From Capsulimonadaceae bacterium (lineage in GTDB: Bacteria; Armatimonadota; Armatimonadia; Armatimonadales; Capsulimonadaceae), in NCBI GenBank assembly GCA_965215505.1, contig OZ244065.1, positions 3,328,001-3,392,000 on the forward strand: a stretch of DNA of 64,000 bases, given 5' to 3'. Numbering within the stretch: position 1 is the first letter of the stretch; each line of letters starts with the position of its first letter. This document shows, piece by piece, positions 45,148-54,577 of the stretch. The notes under the pieces are model-generated. The model saw only the letters and a list, made by a program, of their open reading frames with translations. It ran no database searches and had not been told where the DNA came from. Position numbers and translations under genes: made by a program.

Positions 45148-45801
45148 ATGAGCTACGCTCTGCTGCATGCCGATGAGGAGACCGAGCCGGGGGTCTACGG
45201 GGCCTACCTGCGGGCGCAGGCCGACGCCGACCTGCTGGACATCCTGCGCCACCTCGACCCCGAGCGCTACCCCGCCCGCCTCGACGCGGCGGGGCGCGAG
45301 CTGCGGCGGCGCGGACTGCTGCAAGCGCCCGCCTACAACCCGGCCGAGGCAACGATGCGCTATCTCGCCCTGGTCGCCCTGGCCCTTGCCGCCGCCCTGC
45401 TCCTGCTGACCGTTTTGCTGACCCCCGCCGACGCCGCCGGCCCTTCCTGGCCGACCGGCGAGATGCTGCCCGACGGGTCGCCGCTCAGTCTGCTCGCCCG
45501 CCTCTTCACCGTCGCCATCCTGCGCGGCGTCGTCTTCTGGAGCGCCCGCTTCGCCGTCTTCGCCTTCTTGATCGCCCCGCTCGGCGGCTGGTTGCTCGGC
45601 CAGCTCGGGACGCGGCGGCAAAGGCGGGCGCGCGCCGATGTCTTGCGGCTGGCCGCCCTCGGCCTCGGCGTCCTTCTCGCCGCGGTCGCCCTGGCGGCCC
45701 TCCCCGGCAGCGCCGTCCCCGCCCTGTTCGACTCGTCGGCGGGTGAGGCATCCGGGTGGCAGCGCGCCCTCCCGCTTTGGGACCCGTTCGCCGCCTACTG
45801 A
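45148..45801 (+). CDS. Hypothetical membrane protein, probably leaderless
   Basis: MSYALL start 6 nt after TATAAT (45136-45141); three or four TM helices. Confidence 0.65.
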   Translation: MSYALLHADEETEPGVYGAYLRAQADADLLDILRHLDPERYPARLDAAGRELRRRGLLQAPAYNPAEATMRYLALVALALAAALLLLTVLLTPADAAGPSWPTGEMLPDGSPLSLLARLFTVAILRGVVFWSARFAVFAFLIAPLGGWLLGQLGTRRQRRARADVLRLAALGLGVLLAAVALAALPGSAVPALFDSSAGEASGWQRALPLWDPFAAY

Positions 45802-45822
45802 GCCGATCACCGAGATGCCGAC

Positions 45823-46341
45823 ATGAAACACAAACATCGCCGCGCCGGCCCCAACCCGCTGGCCGAATACCGCCGCCTCCAGCGCGAGATCCGGACGGTC
45901 TTCGACCCGTTCACCGCCAAGCACTGCCCCACCTGCCTCACCCCCTGCTGCATCAAGCCGACGCGCGTGACGCCCGTGGACGTCGCCCTGGCCGTCGGCC
46001 TGGGCCACGACTTCCCGCACCTGAACGGGGCGGACGCCTACGCGCCCGCCGTCTCCTACGCGGGCAATCGGCTGGCCGCCCCCATCGCCCTGCCGATGCT
46101 CCCCGGCGAGGAACCAGCGCTCCAGCCCTGCGACTACCTCGACAGAGGCCGCTGCACCTTCCCCGACGACCTGCGCCCCTACGGCTGCACGGCCTTCCTC
46201 TGCGGCCCCATGTACGCCCACCTGCCTGATGACACCCTGCGCCGCCTCCGCCGCCTGATCCGCCAGCTCGAGGACGCCCACACCTCCCTCCTGCGCGCCC
46301 TCCGCGACGCGGGCAAAATACCGGCGGACGATGAAGACTAG
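45823..46341 (+). CDS. YkgJ-like cysteine-cluster (CxxCxxxCC) protein
   Basis: CPTCLTPCC, CDYLDRGRC, RPYGCTAFLC. Confidence 0.75.
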   Translation: MKHKHRRAGPNPLAEYRRLQREIRTVFDPFTAKHCPTCLTPCCIKPTRVTPVDVALAVGLGHDFPHLNGADAYAPAVSYAGNRLAAPIALPMLPGEEPALQPCDYLDRGRCTFPDDLRPYGCTAFLCGPMYAHLPDDTLRRLRRLIRQLEDAHTSLLRALRDAGKIPADDED

Positions 46342-46552
46342 CGTCCCCGGCCATGAATGGCCGGCCTACCCCTGAATGGACACCGCTCTGCGGTTGAAGA
46401 TGTGAGCGCGATGCCAGGCTGTAGGGGCGAACCTTGTGTTCGCCCTTCTTGTCCGCGTCCGCCTTCCCTCTCCGTGTAGGGGCGCGATTCATCGCGCCCT
46501 CTCCGCCTATCGCGCGGCAGGATTCCCGGCAGCAGGGCGGGAACTTCCCGCC

Positions 46553-48826
46553 ATGAAAGATGCACGACCCGCCGCGCGCCCCCGTCTTGTCCTTGCCCTC
46601 CTCCTTCCCCTCCTCCTCGCCACCCTGAGCAGCGGCCTGAACGCCGCGCCCGCCGGGGACACGCCCCCCGCCACACCCCCGGCTGCCGCTCCGCCCCCCG
46701 CCGCCGCTGCCCCGGCACCGCCCCCCACTCTGATCGGCAAGATCGCCCACATCCGCATCTTCGGCGATAAGAACATCCGTGCCGACGCCATCCAGGCCGT
46801 CCTCACCCAGAAGGTCGGCGACCTCTACAGCCCCGCCGCCGCCGCGAAGGACCAGGCCACCATCAAGGACATGGGCGTCTTCAACGGCCCCGTCGCCCTG
46901 ACCGCCGCCCCCAACCCGGCCGGCGGAGTGGACCTGAATTACACCGTCGCCGAGAACCCCATCGTCACGGCTATACGCTTCACCGCCGACACGCCCTCCA
47001 AAGAGCCGACCATCCCGGCGCTGGTGCTGGTGGCGCAGATGAAGACCTGCGTCGGCCAGGTACTCAACACGAAGGTTTTGGTCAGTGACCTGGACGCGCT
47101 CGTCAACCACGACACCGGCTACGTCAGCAAGCAGGGCTACATCTTCGATATCAGCACGGACATCAACATTGACCCCGCGACAGGAGTTTTGACCATCCCG
47201 CTCGTGGAAGCCCACGTCCAGTCCATCCAGATCACCGGCAACAGCCGCATCAGAACGGCGGACATCCTGGCCCACATGCACACCAAGCCGGGCGACGTTT
47301 ACAACGCCAATGCCGTTCAGAAGGACCTCGGTGCGATCTATGAGATGGGCGACTTCAAGCAAGTCGGCGGGACGAAACTGGACGCGACCGGGCCAGGTCA
47401 GATCACGGTCACACTCCCCGTGGTGGAGCGGGAGGCAGCCACTGTGGACAAGCTTGATGAGAAACAAGGTAAAGTGATCCCGTTCCTCTATGACCCGATT
47501 ACAATCCCGACACCCGTCATCCGTGTCAGCGTCAACGGCAAGCCACCGCTTGCGTTCATCGTGGATACCGGCACAACCGCTCCGCTCACTCTCGATACCA
47601 TGACCGTCGCTCGGCTTGGGCTAAAGAAGCAGGAACTGACGCAGGAGGGACAGGGCTACCGCTATGCGGTCGTTCCAGTCCAAAAGGCCGTTTTGCAGGG
47701 GGTAAATCGCGCTAACGATGTTCCCTACGACATAAACCAGGCGGTGGTCCTTGATCTAGGCATCCTGCGTGGATACTTCCCAGGCCGGGATGTGGCCGGG
47801 ATTATCGGACTGGGACTGTTCCGCCTTTTCACCACCCGTTTCGACTTCGCGGCCGAGACGCTCACCATGTTCGCCTATTCTCACCCTTCCTTGCGCCTCC
47901 CCGGTGCAACGCTCTTGCCCCTGCGTTCGACTTCGGACGAGCTTTATACCGTCCATGCTGCGCTGACACCTGACGCGGCTGCCGACCTGATCCTGGATAC
48001 CGGCAGCGACTCCACCCAGGTGCCGCTTGAAACCGTGGGTACTCTGCACCCGGCAGGGATCGCCTACAACGGTGTAGCAGAGCAGATCACCGGGTTGTAT
48101 ATATGTCCAGATCTGCGACTGCCGGGCCTGAACCTCGGGACGCTGCGGGTGCCGAATGTCGTGGTGGGTACTTTGCCTCTGGCACGGACATCACTCGGCA
48201 TGGACATCCTAGGCGGCTACCGTCTGACGCTGGACGGGCCGAACGCCCAGTTCGCGCTGGAACCGTCGGCCACGAGCAGGCGGTACGTTCTGGGATGGTC
48301 CGGCCTTGAACTCACGCAGGCAGGATCGGAATGGAAGGTGAAAAGCCTCAGAGGCGGGTCGCCCGCCCGGCAGGCTGGGGTGCAGACGGGAGACGAGATC
48401 GCGACAGTCAACGGGCAGGGCGTCCAGGGTTTGTCACGGACGCAGGCGATGAGGCTCATTGACGGCCTCTCAGGAAGGCCGCAGCGTCTAGGCCTGCGCC
48501 GAGGCCGTAACAAGAGCTTGGAGGTTTCATGGACCCCGCTTGATGAGTTCAGCGCGCCCCGCAACGGCGTTTATGGTTTGACGCTTCGGAAGCCGAATGG
48601 TGGCCCCTGGATCATCGTAAGCGTACTATCGGGCTGCCCCGGAGACCGGGCAGGACTGCAAGCGAGCGACGAGATCACGCAGATGGACGGGGTGCCCACG
48701 GCGAACATGCCTCCGGACCGACTTGCGGAGATCATGAGTGGAGCGTCAAAATCTATGACCTTCACGGTGCAGCGTACCGGGAAAGCCGCGCCGTTTTCGG
48801 TCAAGCTGTCCCCGCCGGCTCCTTAA
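46553..48826 (+). CDS. Secreted POTRA x3 / retropepsin-like aspartyl protease x2 / PDZ x2 protein
   Basis: POTRA repeats IAHIRIFGDKNI..KVGDLY..MGVF and VQSIQITGNSRI..KPGDVYN..IYEMGDF; FIVDTG and LILDTG with GIIG/LGMDIL; two PDZ (GSPARQAGVQTGDEI, PGDRAGLQASDEI). Confidence 0.8.
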   Translation: MKDARPAARPRLVLALLLPLLLATLSSGLNAAPAGDTPPATPPAAAPPPAAAAPAPPPTLIGKIAHIRIFGDKNIRADAIQAVLTQKVGDLYSPAAAAKDQATIKDMGVFNGPVALTAAPNPAGGVDLNYTVAENPIVTAIRFTADTPSKEPTIPALVLVAQMKTCVGQVLNTKVLVSDLDALVNHDTGYVSKQGYIFDISTDINIDPATGVLTIPLVEAHVQSIQITGNSRIRTADILAHMHTKPGDVYNANAVQKDLGAIYEMGDFKQVGGTKLDATGPGQITVTLPVVEREAATVDKLDEKQGKVIPFLYDPITIPTPVIRVSVNGKPPLAFIVDTGTTAPLTLDTMTVARLGLKKQELTQEGQGYRYAVVPVQKAVLQGVNRANDVPYDINQAVVLDLGILRGYFPGRDVAGIIGLGLFRLFTTRFDFAAETLTMFAYSHPSLRLPGATLLPLRSTSDELYTVHAALTPDAAADLILDTGSDSTQVPLETVGTLHPAGIAYNGVAEQITGLYICPDLRLPGLNLGTLRVPNVVVGTLPLARTSLGMDILGGYRLTLDGPNAQFALEPSATSRRYVLGWSGLELTQAGSEWKVKSLRGGSPARQAGVQTGDEIATVNGQGVQGLSRTQAMRLIDGLSGRPQRLGLRRGRNKSLEVSWTPLDEFSAPRNGVYGLTLRKPNGGPWIIVSVLSGCPGDRAGLQASDEITQMDGVPTANMPPDRLAEIMSGASKSMTFTVQRTGKAAPFSVKLSPPAP

Positions 48827-48828
48827 AA

Positions 48829-48987
48829 CCATGCGTTGAAACGCACGGCTAGACGGCCTTCGGCCAGAAAGCGCCGCTTCGCGGGGCTAAGGGGCGTCCT
48901 TCCGAGTGCCGCGCCCTCCGGGTCTGCCAATGCAGAAGCGGTACTTCGTGGCGTCTTCGCCGTTTAGCCGTGCGTTTCAACGCATGG
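48829..48987. repeat. REPIN-like palindrome, family B copy 2
   Basis: ccatgcgttgaaacgcacggcta ... tagccgtgcgtttcaacgcatgg. Confidence 0.8.
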
Positions 48988-49039
48988 TTCCCTTCATCGC
49001 ACGGACCACGCCCTCTTCATCCGCCCTTTCCGCCTGCGC

Positions 49040-49072
49040 CTTAACCCATTCTTAACATTTTGCGGTTATAAT
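49040..49072 (+). promoter_or_regulatory. Pho-box-like 11-bp direct repeat plus -10 element (leaderless start)
   Basis: CTTAACCC (49040) and CTTAACAT (49051); TATAAT 49067-49072; ATG 49079. Confidence 0.6.
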
Positions 49073-49078
49073 AGACGC

Positions 49079-51634
49079 ATGAACGCTTTCCCCACACGCC
49101 GCGCCGCCCGCCCCATCGCCGCCGCGCTCACCGTCGCGCTGACGGCGGGCCTGGCCGGGTTCAGCCTGACGCACAGCGCCCGCAAAGGCATCGCCGAGAA
49201 GAACGTCGCCCTGCCGGACCTGCCCGACGGCAACGGCACGGGGACGCGGCTGCCCAACGGCTGGCACGTCACCCCGGCGGGGACGCCCATCGCGCTGCCG
49301 GGCGATCTGCCGCTGAAGATGCTGTTCAGCCCCGACGGGAAGACCCTGCTGACACTCACCGGCGGCTACCACGACCACGGCGTCAGCCTCATCGACCCGG
49401 CCACCAATAAGGTCACGCAGAGCGTCAACCTGGGCAAAGTCTGGGCGGGCATGTGCTTCGACCCCGAGGGCGACGACCTGTACGTCTCGGGCGGCGGGCC
49501 TCCCTCCAAGGAGTTCCTCGCGAACGCCGCCAAGCAGGGCGCGGACGACGCTTTGACCGAGTCCTTCCACCACCCCATCCTGCACCTGAAGTTCGCGGGC
49601 GGCGCACTGACATCAGGCAAACCGATTGACGTCCCCGGCCTGACCGACGCCGTCGCCGACATTCCGGGTGACTACCACTTGAAGTTCGACCGGTTCATGG
49701 CGGGCCTGGTTTCGGGGCCGGACGGGGCCTTGTACGCGGTCAACATCCAGAACGACACCGTCTACAAGCTGGCGGGGACGCCCCGCGCCCTGGCCGCCTC
49801 CATTAAGGTCGGGTCGCGGCCCTACGCCGCCGCCCTGTCGCCGGACGGGGCGACGCTCGCCGTCTCCAACATGGGCGACGGCACGGTCAGCCTGCTGGAC
49901 GCATCGAATCTGCAAGAACGAACCCGCGTCACGGCCGGCAGCCAGCCCAACGAGCTGGCCTGGGCCAACGATGGACGCCTGTTCGTCGCAAACGCAGGCA
50001 GCAACAGCGTCAGCGTCATCACGGGCGGCAAGGTGACGGAAACGGTCAAGACCTCGCTGTCTCCCACCGACCCTGTCGGGTCCACGCCGGACGCCCTGGC
50101 CGTTTCGTCCGATGGGCAGCGGCTCTACGTCGCAAACGCCGACAACAACGACGTGGCCGTCATAGACACCTCCCGCCCCCGCGCCTCCCGCGTCCTCGGC
50201 TTTATTCCGACCGGCTGGTATCCCAGCGCCCTGGCCCTCGCCCCCGACGGCCGGACGCTCTACGTCGGGACCGGCAAGGGCCTGAGCTTCCGCGCCAACG
50301 ACAAGGCGACGACGCCCTGGACGCGGAACCAGCCCGTCTCGGGCCAGGCCTACGACTACATCGGCGGCGCCCTCAGCGGCGCGGTCTGCGCCGTGCGCCT
50401 GCCGGGCGCTGCGGGCCTGGCCGCCTACACCCGGCAGGTCTACGCCAACACGCCCGGCCTGAACGCGAGGACCGCACAGGCCGGGCCGGACATGAAGGCG
50501 ACCCTGGGCAAGATCAAGCACGTCCTGTACATCATCCGGGAGAACCGTACTTATGACCAGGTGTTCGGGGACCTCACGGCGGGCAACGGCGACCCGAGCC
50601 TGACCATCTTCGGCGCGAGCGTCACGCCGAACGCGCACGCTTTGGCCTCGCACTACGTCCTGCTGGACAACCTGTACTGCAACGGCGAAGTCTCGGAGGA
50701 CGGCCACAAGTGGTGCGACGCCGCCTACGCCACCGACTTCATCGAGCGCGCCTGGCCCTCCAGCTACAGCAGCCGGGGCGAGCCGAGCGGCGACGCGGAT
50801 GTCGCCGACTCCCCGAACGGCGAGATCTGGGACGATTGCGCGCGGCACGGCGTCTCCTACCGCTCCTACGGCGAGGAGGCCGACTTCACCTCCACGCCCA
50901 ACACCGCCCCTGTCTTCGCCGGCAGCAAGGGCCTGGCCGGGCACGCCAACGTCGAGTGGTCTCAGTTCCCCTTCGGCAAGGGCCGGGACACCCAGCGGGC
51001 CGCCATCTTCCTCAAAGAACTGGCCGCCGCCGAGAAGACCGGCGTCTGGCCGCAGTTCATGGTGGCCTGGCTGCCCGAGGACCATACCTCGGGCCTGAAG
51101 GCCGGGGCCTACACGCCCGTCGCCGCCGTCGCCTCCAACGACCAGGCGCTGGGGCAGATCGTGGAGGGCATCTCCAAGTCCCGCTTCTGGAAAGAGACCG
51201 CCATCTTCGTCATCGAGGACGACGCCCAGAACGGACCCGACCACATAGACGCCCACCGCACCGAGGGCCTCGTCATCTCCCCCTACGTCAAGCGAAACGC
51301 CGTGGACAGCACGCAGTACACGACGGCCTCCATGGTCCGCACGATGGAGATGATCCTCCACCTGCCCCCCATGACCCAGTACGACCGGGCGGCCACGCCG
51401 ATGCTCTCCTGCTTCACGGCCACGCCCGACCTGACCGCCTGGGCGAACATCGGCCCGCGCGTGGACCTGGAAGCCAAGAACCCCGGCAAGGGCGCGGGGG
51501 CGGTCGCCTCGGCGCGGCTGGACTTCTCGGCCCCCGACCGGGCGGACCCGGACGCCTTGAACGCGATCCTGTGGCACGCCTTGAAGCCCGGCGTCCCCGT
51601 GCCCGCGCCGGTCCGAAGCGCCCGGCGGGAGTAG
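49079..51634 (+). CDS. Bifunctional YncE/YVTN beta-propeller and alkaline-phosphatase-superfamily phosphoesterase
   Basis: LYVANADNNDVAV, IPTGWYP, IKHVLYIIRENRTYDQVFGD, VSEDGH.W, EDDAQNGPDHIDAHR. Confidence 0.9.
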   Translation: MNAFPTRRAARPIAAALTVALTAGLAGFSLTHSARKGIAEKNVALPDLPDGNGTGTRLPNGWHVTPAGTPIALPGDLPLKMLFSPDGKTLLTLTGGYHDHGVSLIDPATNKVTQSVNLGKVWAGMCFDPEGDDLYVSGGGPPSKEFLANAAKQGADDALTESFHHPILHLKFAGGALTSGKPIDVPGLTDAVADIPGDYHLKFDRFMAGLVSGPDGALYAVNIQNDTVYKLAGTPRALAASIKVGSRPYAAALSPDGATLAVSNMGDGTVSLLDASNLQERTRVTAGSQPNELAWANDGRLFVANAGSNSVSVITGGKVTETVKTSLSPTDPVGSTPDALAVSSDGQRLYVANADNNDVAVIDTSRPRASRVLGFIPTGWYPSALALAPDGRTLYVGTGKGLSFRANDKATTPWTRNQPVSGQAYDYIGGALSGAVCAVRLPGAAGLAAYTRQVYANTPGLNARTAQAGPDMKATLGKIKHVLYIIRENRTYDQVFGDLTAGNGDPSLTIFGASVTPNAHALASHYVLLDNLYCNGEVSEDGHKWCDAAYATDFIERAWPSSYSSRGEPSGDADVADSPNGEIWDDCARHGVSYRSYGEEADFTSTPNTAPVFAGSKGLAGHANVEWSQFPFGKGRDTQRAAIFLKELAAAEKTGVWPQFMVAWLPEDHTSGLKAGAYTPVAAVASNDQALGQIVEGISKSRFWKETAIFVIEDDAQNGPDHIDAHRTEGLVISPYVKRNAVDSTQYTTASMVRTMEMILHLPPMTQYDRAATPMLSCFTATPDLTAWANIGPRVDLEAKNPGKGAGAVASARLDFSAPDRADPDALNAILWHALKPGVPVPAPVRSARRE

Positions 51635-51644
51635 AGGGAAGTTT

Positions 51645-51941
51645 ATGAAAAGCGGGCAGTGCCCCAAGTGCGGGTCAACTGACATCCGTTCCGGGGAGTT
51701 CCTGGAGGAGAAGGAATGGAACTACATGGGCAACCGCATCCCCGTGACCATCGCCCTCCGCAACACCGCCGCCTGGCTGGACAACTACGTCTGCGTCCGC
51801 TGCGGCTACGTCGAGAGCTACATCGCCAATCCCGACCGTCTACGGGAGATTTCCGAGCGCTGGCCCGCCGCCGTGTCGACGACGCAGCACGAACCGCCGG
51901 AGGGGGTGTGGCCCCCGCCGCCCGCCGTGCCAGAGGCTTGA
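51645..51941 (+). CDS. Small zinc-ribbon protein with C-terminal VWPPPP
   Basis: CPKCGS...YVCVRCGYVESY; GAGGG RBS. Confidence 0.8.
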   Translation: MKSGQCPKCGSTDIRSGEFLEEKEWNYMGNRIPVTIALRNTAAWLDNYVCVRCGYVESYIANPDRLREISERWPAAVSTTQHEPPEGVWPPPPAVPEA

Positions 51942-51957
51942 CGTCCGGCTGCTGCGG

Positions 51958-52136
51958 GCCATGCCAGCCCGACCATGCCATGAATGGCACGGCTAGACGG
52001 CCTTCGGCCAGGAAGTACCGCTTCGCGGCACTCGGAAGGAAATCCTAGGAAGGAAGTCCTAGTGCCGCGAAGCGGTACTTCCTGGCGTCCGCGCCGCGTA
52101 GCCGTGCCATTCATGGCATGGTCGGGCTGGCATGGC
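51958..52136. repeat. Long near-perfect palindrome, family B copy 3
   Basis: gccatgccagcccgaccatgccatgaatggcacggcta ... tagccgtgccattcatggcatggtcgggctggcatggc. Confidence 0.85.
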
Positions 52137-52284
52137 ATGGCCCCCGCACCCGCCGCTCCCCACCCGCCGCCTCGCTCCCCCGCGCCCGCCCTCAACGCAC
52201 CCCTTAACGTCCTAGCCAAACTCGGGAACAAAGCGGGCGGTTTTTCCGACCAAGTAGGGTACTTCACTCGCGAAAGGCCTTTCA

Positions 52285-52941
52285 ATGAACAAGCTATTAA
52301 TAAACCAGCTATTCACACGGTCCGCATTCGGGGTCGGTCTGCTGCTGGGGGTCGCCCTCCTGGGAGGGGCCGCGCGGGCGCAGGGGGAGACGCCGGTGGA
52401 CGCTGCCCCGCCCGCCCATTTGGAGGCCGGGACGACGCTGAAGATCAAGCTGCTCAAAGACTTCAGTTCTGCCACCGCCCACGTCGGCGACCGCGTGCGG
52501 GCGGAGGTGGCGGGCGACGACACGAACGATCTGCCCGCCGGCACCCTGCTCTTCGGGCATGTGACCTGGATCAAGCCCTCCGGCGGTTCGGCCCCCGCCC
52601 AGGTGGATGCCAAGTTCGACCTCCAGCGCGGCGACGGCCCCGAGGCCGTCCGTGACGCCGCCTCGGCCCACCTGACCGGCAAAGAGGACAGCAAGGCCGT
52701 GGAGGAGCGCGCCAAAAAGGGCGCGAGCGCGGGGGCCGGGCTGGGTGCGCTGCTCGGGGTCGTCCTGGGCCGCAAGCACAAGCTCGGCGACGCCGTGGGC
52801 GGCGCGATTCTGGGCGCACTCGGCGGGGGCGTGGCGGGGGCCGTGACGAACAAGCACGGCGGCGAGGTCAGCCTCAAGTCCGGCGACGAGATCACCGTCC
52901 ATCTCGACCGGGCCGTGACCCTAGGCGACGGGGCGTACTGA
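52285..52941 (+). CDS. Secreted glycine-zipper protein
   Basis: Signal peptide; GAGLGALLG..GGAILGALGGGVAG; LEAGTTLKIKL..LKSGDEITVHL. Confidence 0.78.
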   Translation: MNKLLINQLFTRSAFGVGLLLGVALLGGAARAQGETPVDAAPPAHLEAGTTLKIKLLKDFSSATAHVGDRVRAEVAGDDTNDLPAGTLLFGHVTWIKPSGGSAPAQVDAKFDLQRGDGPEAVRDAASAHLTGKEDSKAVEERAKKGASAGAGLGALLGVVLGRKHKLGDAVGGAILGALGGGVAGAVTNKHGGEVSLKSGDEITVHLDRAVTLGDGAY

Positions 52942-52973
52942 GCCGCCCCGCCAGGGTGAATGGCAGAGCGCAC

Positions 52974-53006
52974 AAAAAGGCAGCCCCGCCGGGGCTGCCT
53001 TTTCTT
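52974..53006. terminator. Bidirectional intrinsic terminator
   Basis: aaaaaggcagcccc gcc ggggctgccttttctt between convergent genes. Confidence 0.85.
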
Positions 53007-53056
53007 GCGTCCCCTGGACGCCGGGCACTTCGGAGCCTCGCACTTCAGTGCGTGGC

Positions 53057-53962
53057 TTAAAACACCTCGTCCTCGCTCACCACCGGGTTCGTCAGCGTCC
53101 CGATCTCGGCGATCCGCACCTCCACCACGTCCCCCGCGTTCAGCGGGCCGACGCCGGGCGGGGTGCCGGTCGCGATCACGTCGCCGGGGTGCAGGGCGAA
53201 GCGGTGCGAGAGGTAGGAGATCAGGAACGGGATCGAGAAGATCATCTCCGACGTGTTCGCCTGCTGACGCACCTCGCCGTTGACGCTCAGGGTGAGCTGC
53301 ACGTTCATCGGGTCGGGGACCTCGTCGGGCGTCACGATGTACGGCCCCAAAGGGCCGAAGGTGTCGTAGCTCTTGGACAGGAACCACGGGAGACTCTTGC
53401 CGATGGCCCGCTTCTGCTCGTCGCGGGCCGTCACGTCATTGATCAGCGTGTACCCCGCCACCAGCGACAGCGCCTCGACCTCGGAGACGTTCCGGCCCGC
53501 CGTGCCGATGACGACGGCAAGCTCCCCCTCGAAATCCACGCGCCCGACATCTGCCGGCAGCACGATGGGCCGGCCGTCGGCGATTACACTTGTGGAAGCC
53601 TTCTGGAAGACGATCGGCTCGTCGGGCACCTCGTTGTCCATCTCGCGCGCGTGTTCGCCGTAGTTGCGCCCGATGGCGAGGATGCGGTGCGGCGAGGGCA
53701 GCGGCGCGGCGGGCGTCACCCCCGCCTCCTGCCACAGCTTGTCTAGGACGCGCGCCCGCTCCAGATCGCGCACGGCCACCGCGTAGCCCGGAAGCCGCCC
53801 GATCACCTGGTTGATGTCGCCGGGCACGGTCAAGCCCTTGGGGGCCAGCGCCTCGGCGACGGCGACGACGCGCGCCAGCGGCAGGGTCTTCCCATTGCGG
53901 AAGACGCCCGGCAGGAACGGCTCCTGCGGGTCATCGAACTCTTTGTAGCAGACGAATTTCAC
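53057..53962 (-). CDS. Fumarylacetoacetate hydrolase family protein
   Basis: IGRNY.EH, DFEGELAVVIG, NDVTARD, SKSYDTFGPLGP, GDVIATGTPPGVG. Confidence 0.93.
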   Translation of the reverse strand: MKFVCYKEFDDPQEPFLPGVFRNGKTLPLARVVAVAEALAPKGLTVPGDINQVIGRLPGYAVAVRDLERARVLDKLWQEAGVTPAAPLPSPHRILAIGRNYGEHAREMDNEVPDEPIVFQKASTSVIADGRPIVLPADVGRVDFEGELAVVIGTAGRNVSEVEALSLVAGYTLINDVTARDEQKRAIGKSLPWFLSKSYDTFGPLGPYIVTPDEVPDPMNVQLTLSVNGEVRQQANTSEMIFSIPFLISYLSHRFALHPGDVIATGTPPGVGPLNAGDVVEVRIAEIGTLTNPVVSEDEVF

Positions 53963-53977
53963 TTGTGTTCTCCTGTA

Positions 53978-54577
53978 TCAGAAACCCGGCTCCCAGACAT
54001 AAGCCAAATCCAGAGTGAAGCCGGGCAGTTCAGGGTCCGCCGACACGGACATGGGCGCATCCTGGATGTCCGGCTGGGCACCGGGCCTGTAGACATGTAC
54101 CCGCCGCTCGGCGGCGTCAATGAGCCAGCCCAGGCGGGCATCGTTGTCCCGGTACTCGGCCATCTTCTCCTGCGTGTCGGCCAGTGAGTCCGAGGGCGAG
54201 CGCAGCTCGACCACGAAGTCCGGGCAGAGCGGCAGGAACTTCCTCTTCTGCTCCACTGTCAGCGCGGCCAGCCGTGACCGGAGCACCCAGGAGGCGTCCG
54301 GTGACCGCGTCGCGCCGTTGGGCAGGACATAGTCCGTGGACGAGTCCAGCGCGATTCCCATGCCATCCTGCCGCGCCCAGTTCCCGAGCTGCCGGCTGAC
54401 CTCGCTGTTACGGCTGCCGGTTTCAAAACCCGTTGGCGACATGATGATCCATTCTCCTGCCGCCGTCTGCTCGATCCGCAGGTCGCGATTCTGTCGGCAG
54501 AACTCGAAAAACTCATCGTCGCTGAAGTGCAGCGCGGGCCGCGCCCGCAGGACGAGCGGCTCCATCAGTGTCGTCAT
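53978..54577 (-). CDS. Uma2 family endonuclease-like protein
   Basis: LPNGATRSPDASWV, CPDFVVELRSPSD, RLGWLID, LPGFTLDL. Confidence 0.92.
   Translation of the reverse strand: MTTLMEPLVLRARPALHFSDDEFFEFCRQNRDLRIEQTAAGEWIIMSPTGFETGSRNSEVSRQLGNWARQDGMGIALDSSTDYVLPNGATRSPDASWVLRSRLAALTVEQKRKFLPLCPDFVVELRSPSDSLADTQEKMAEYRDNDARLGWLIDAAERRVHVYRPGAQPDIQDAPMSVSADPELPGFTLDLAYVWEPGF

Noticed and set aside
52191-52210. Second possible Pho box (ctcaac/cttaac)
   Set aside because: Spacing is 12 bp rather than 11, and there is no phosphate-related gene downstream.
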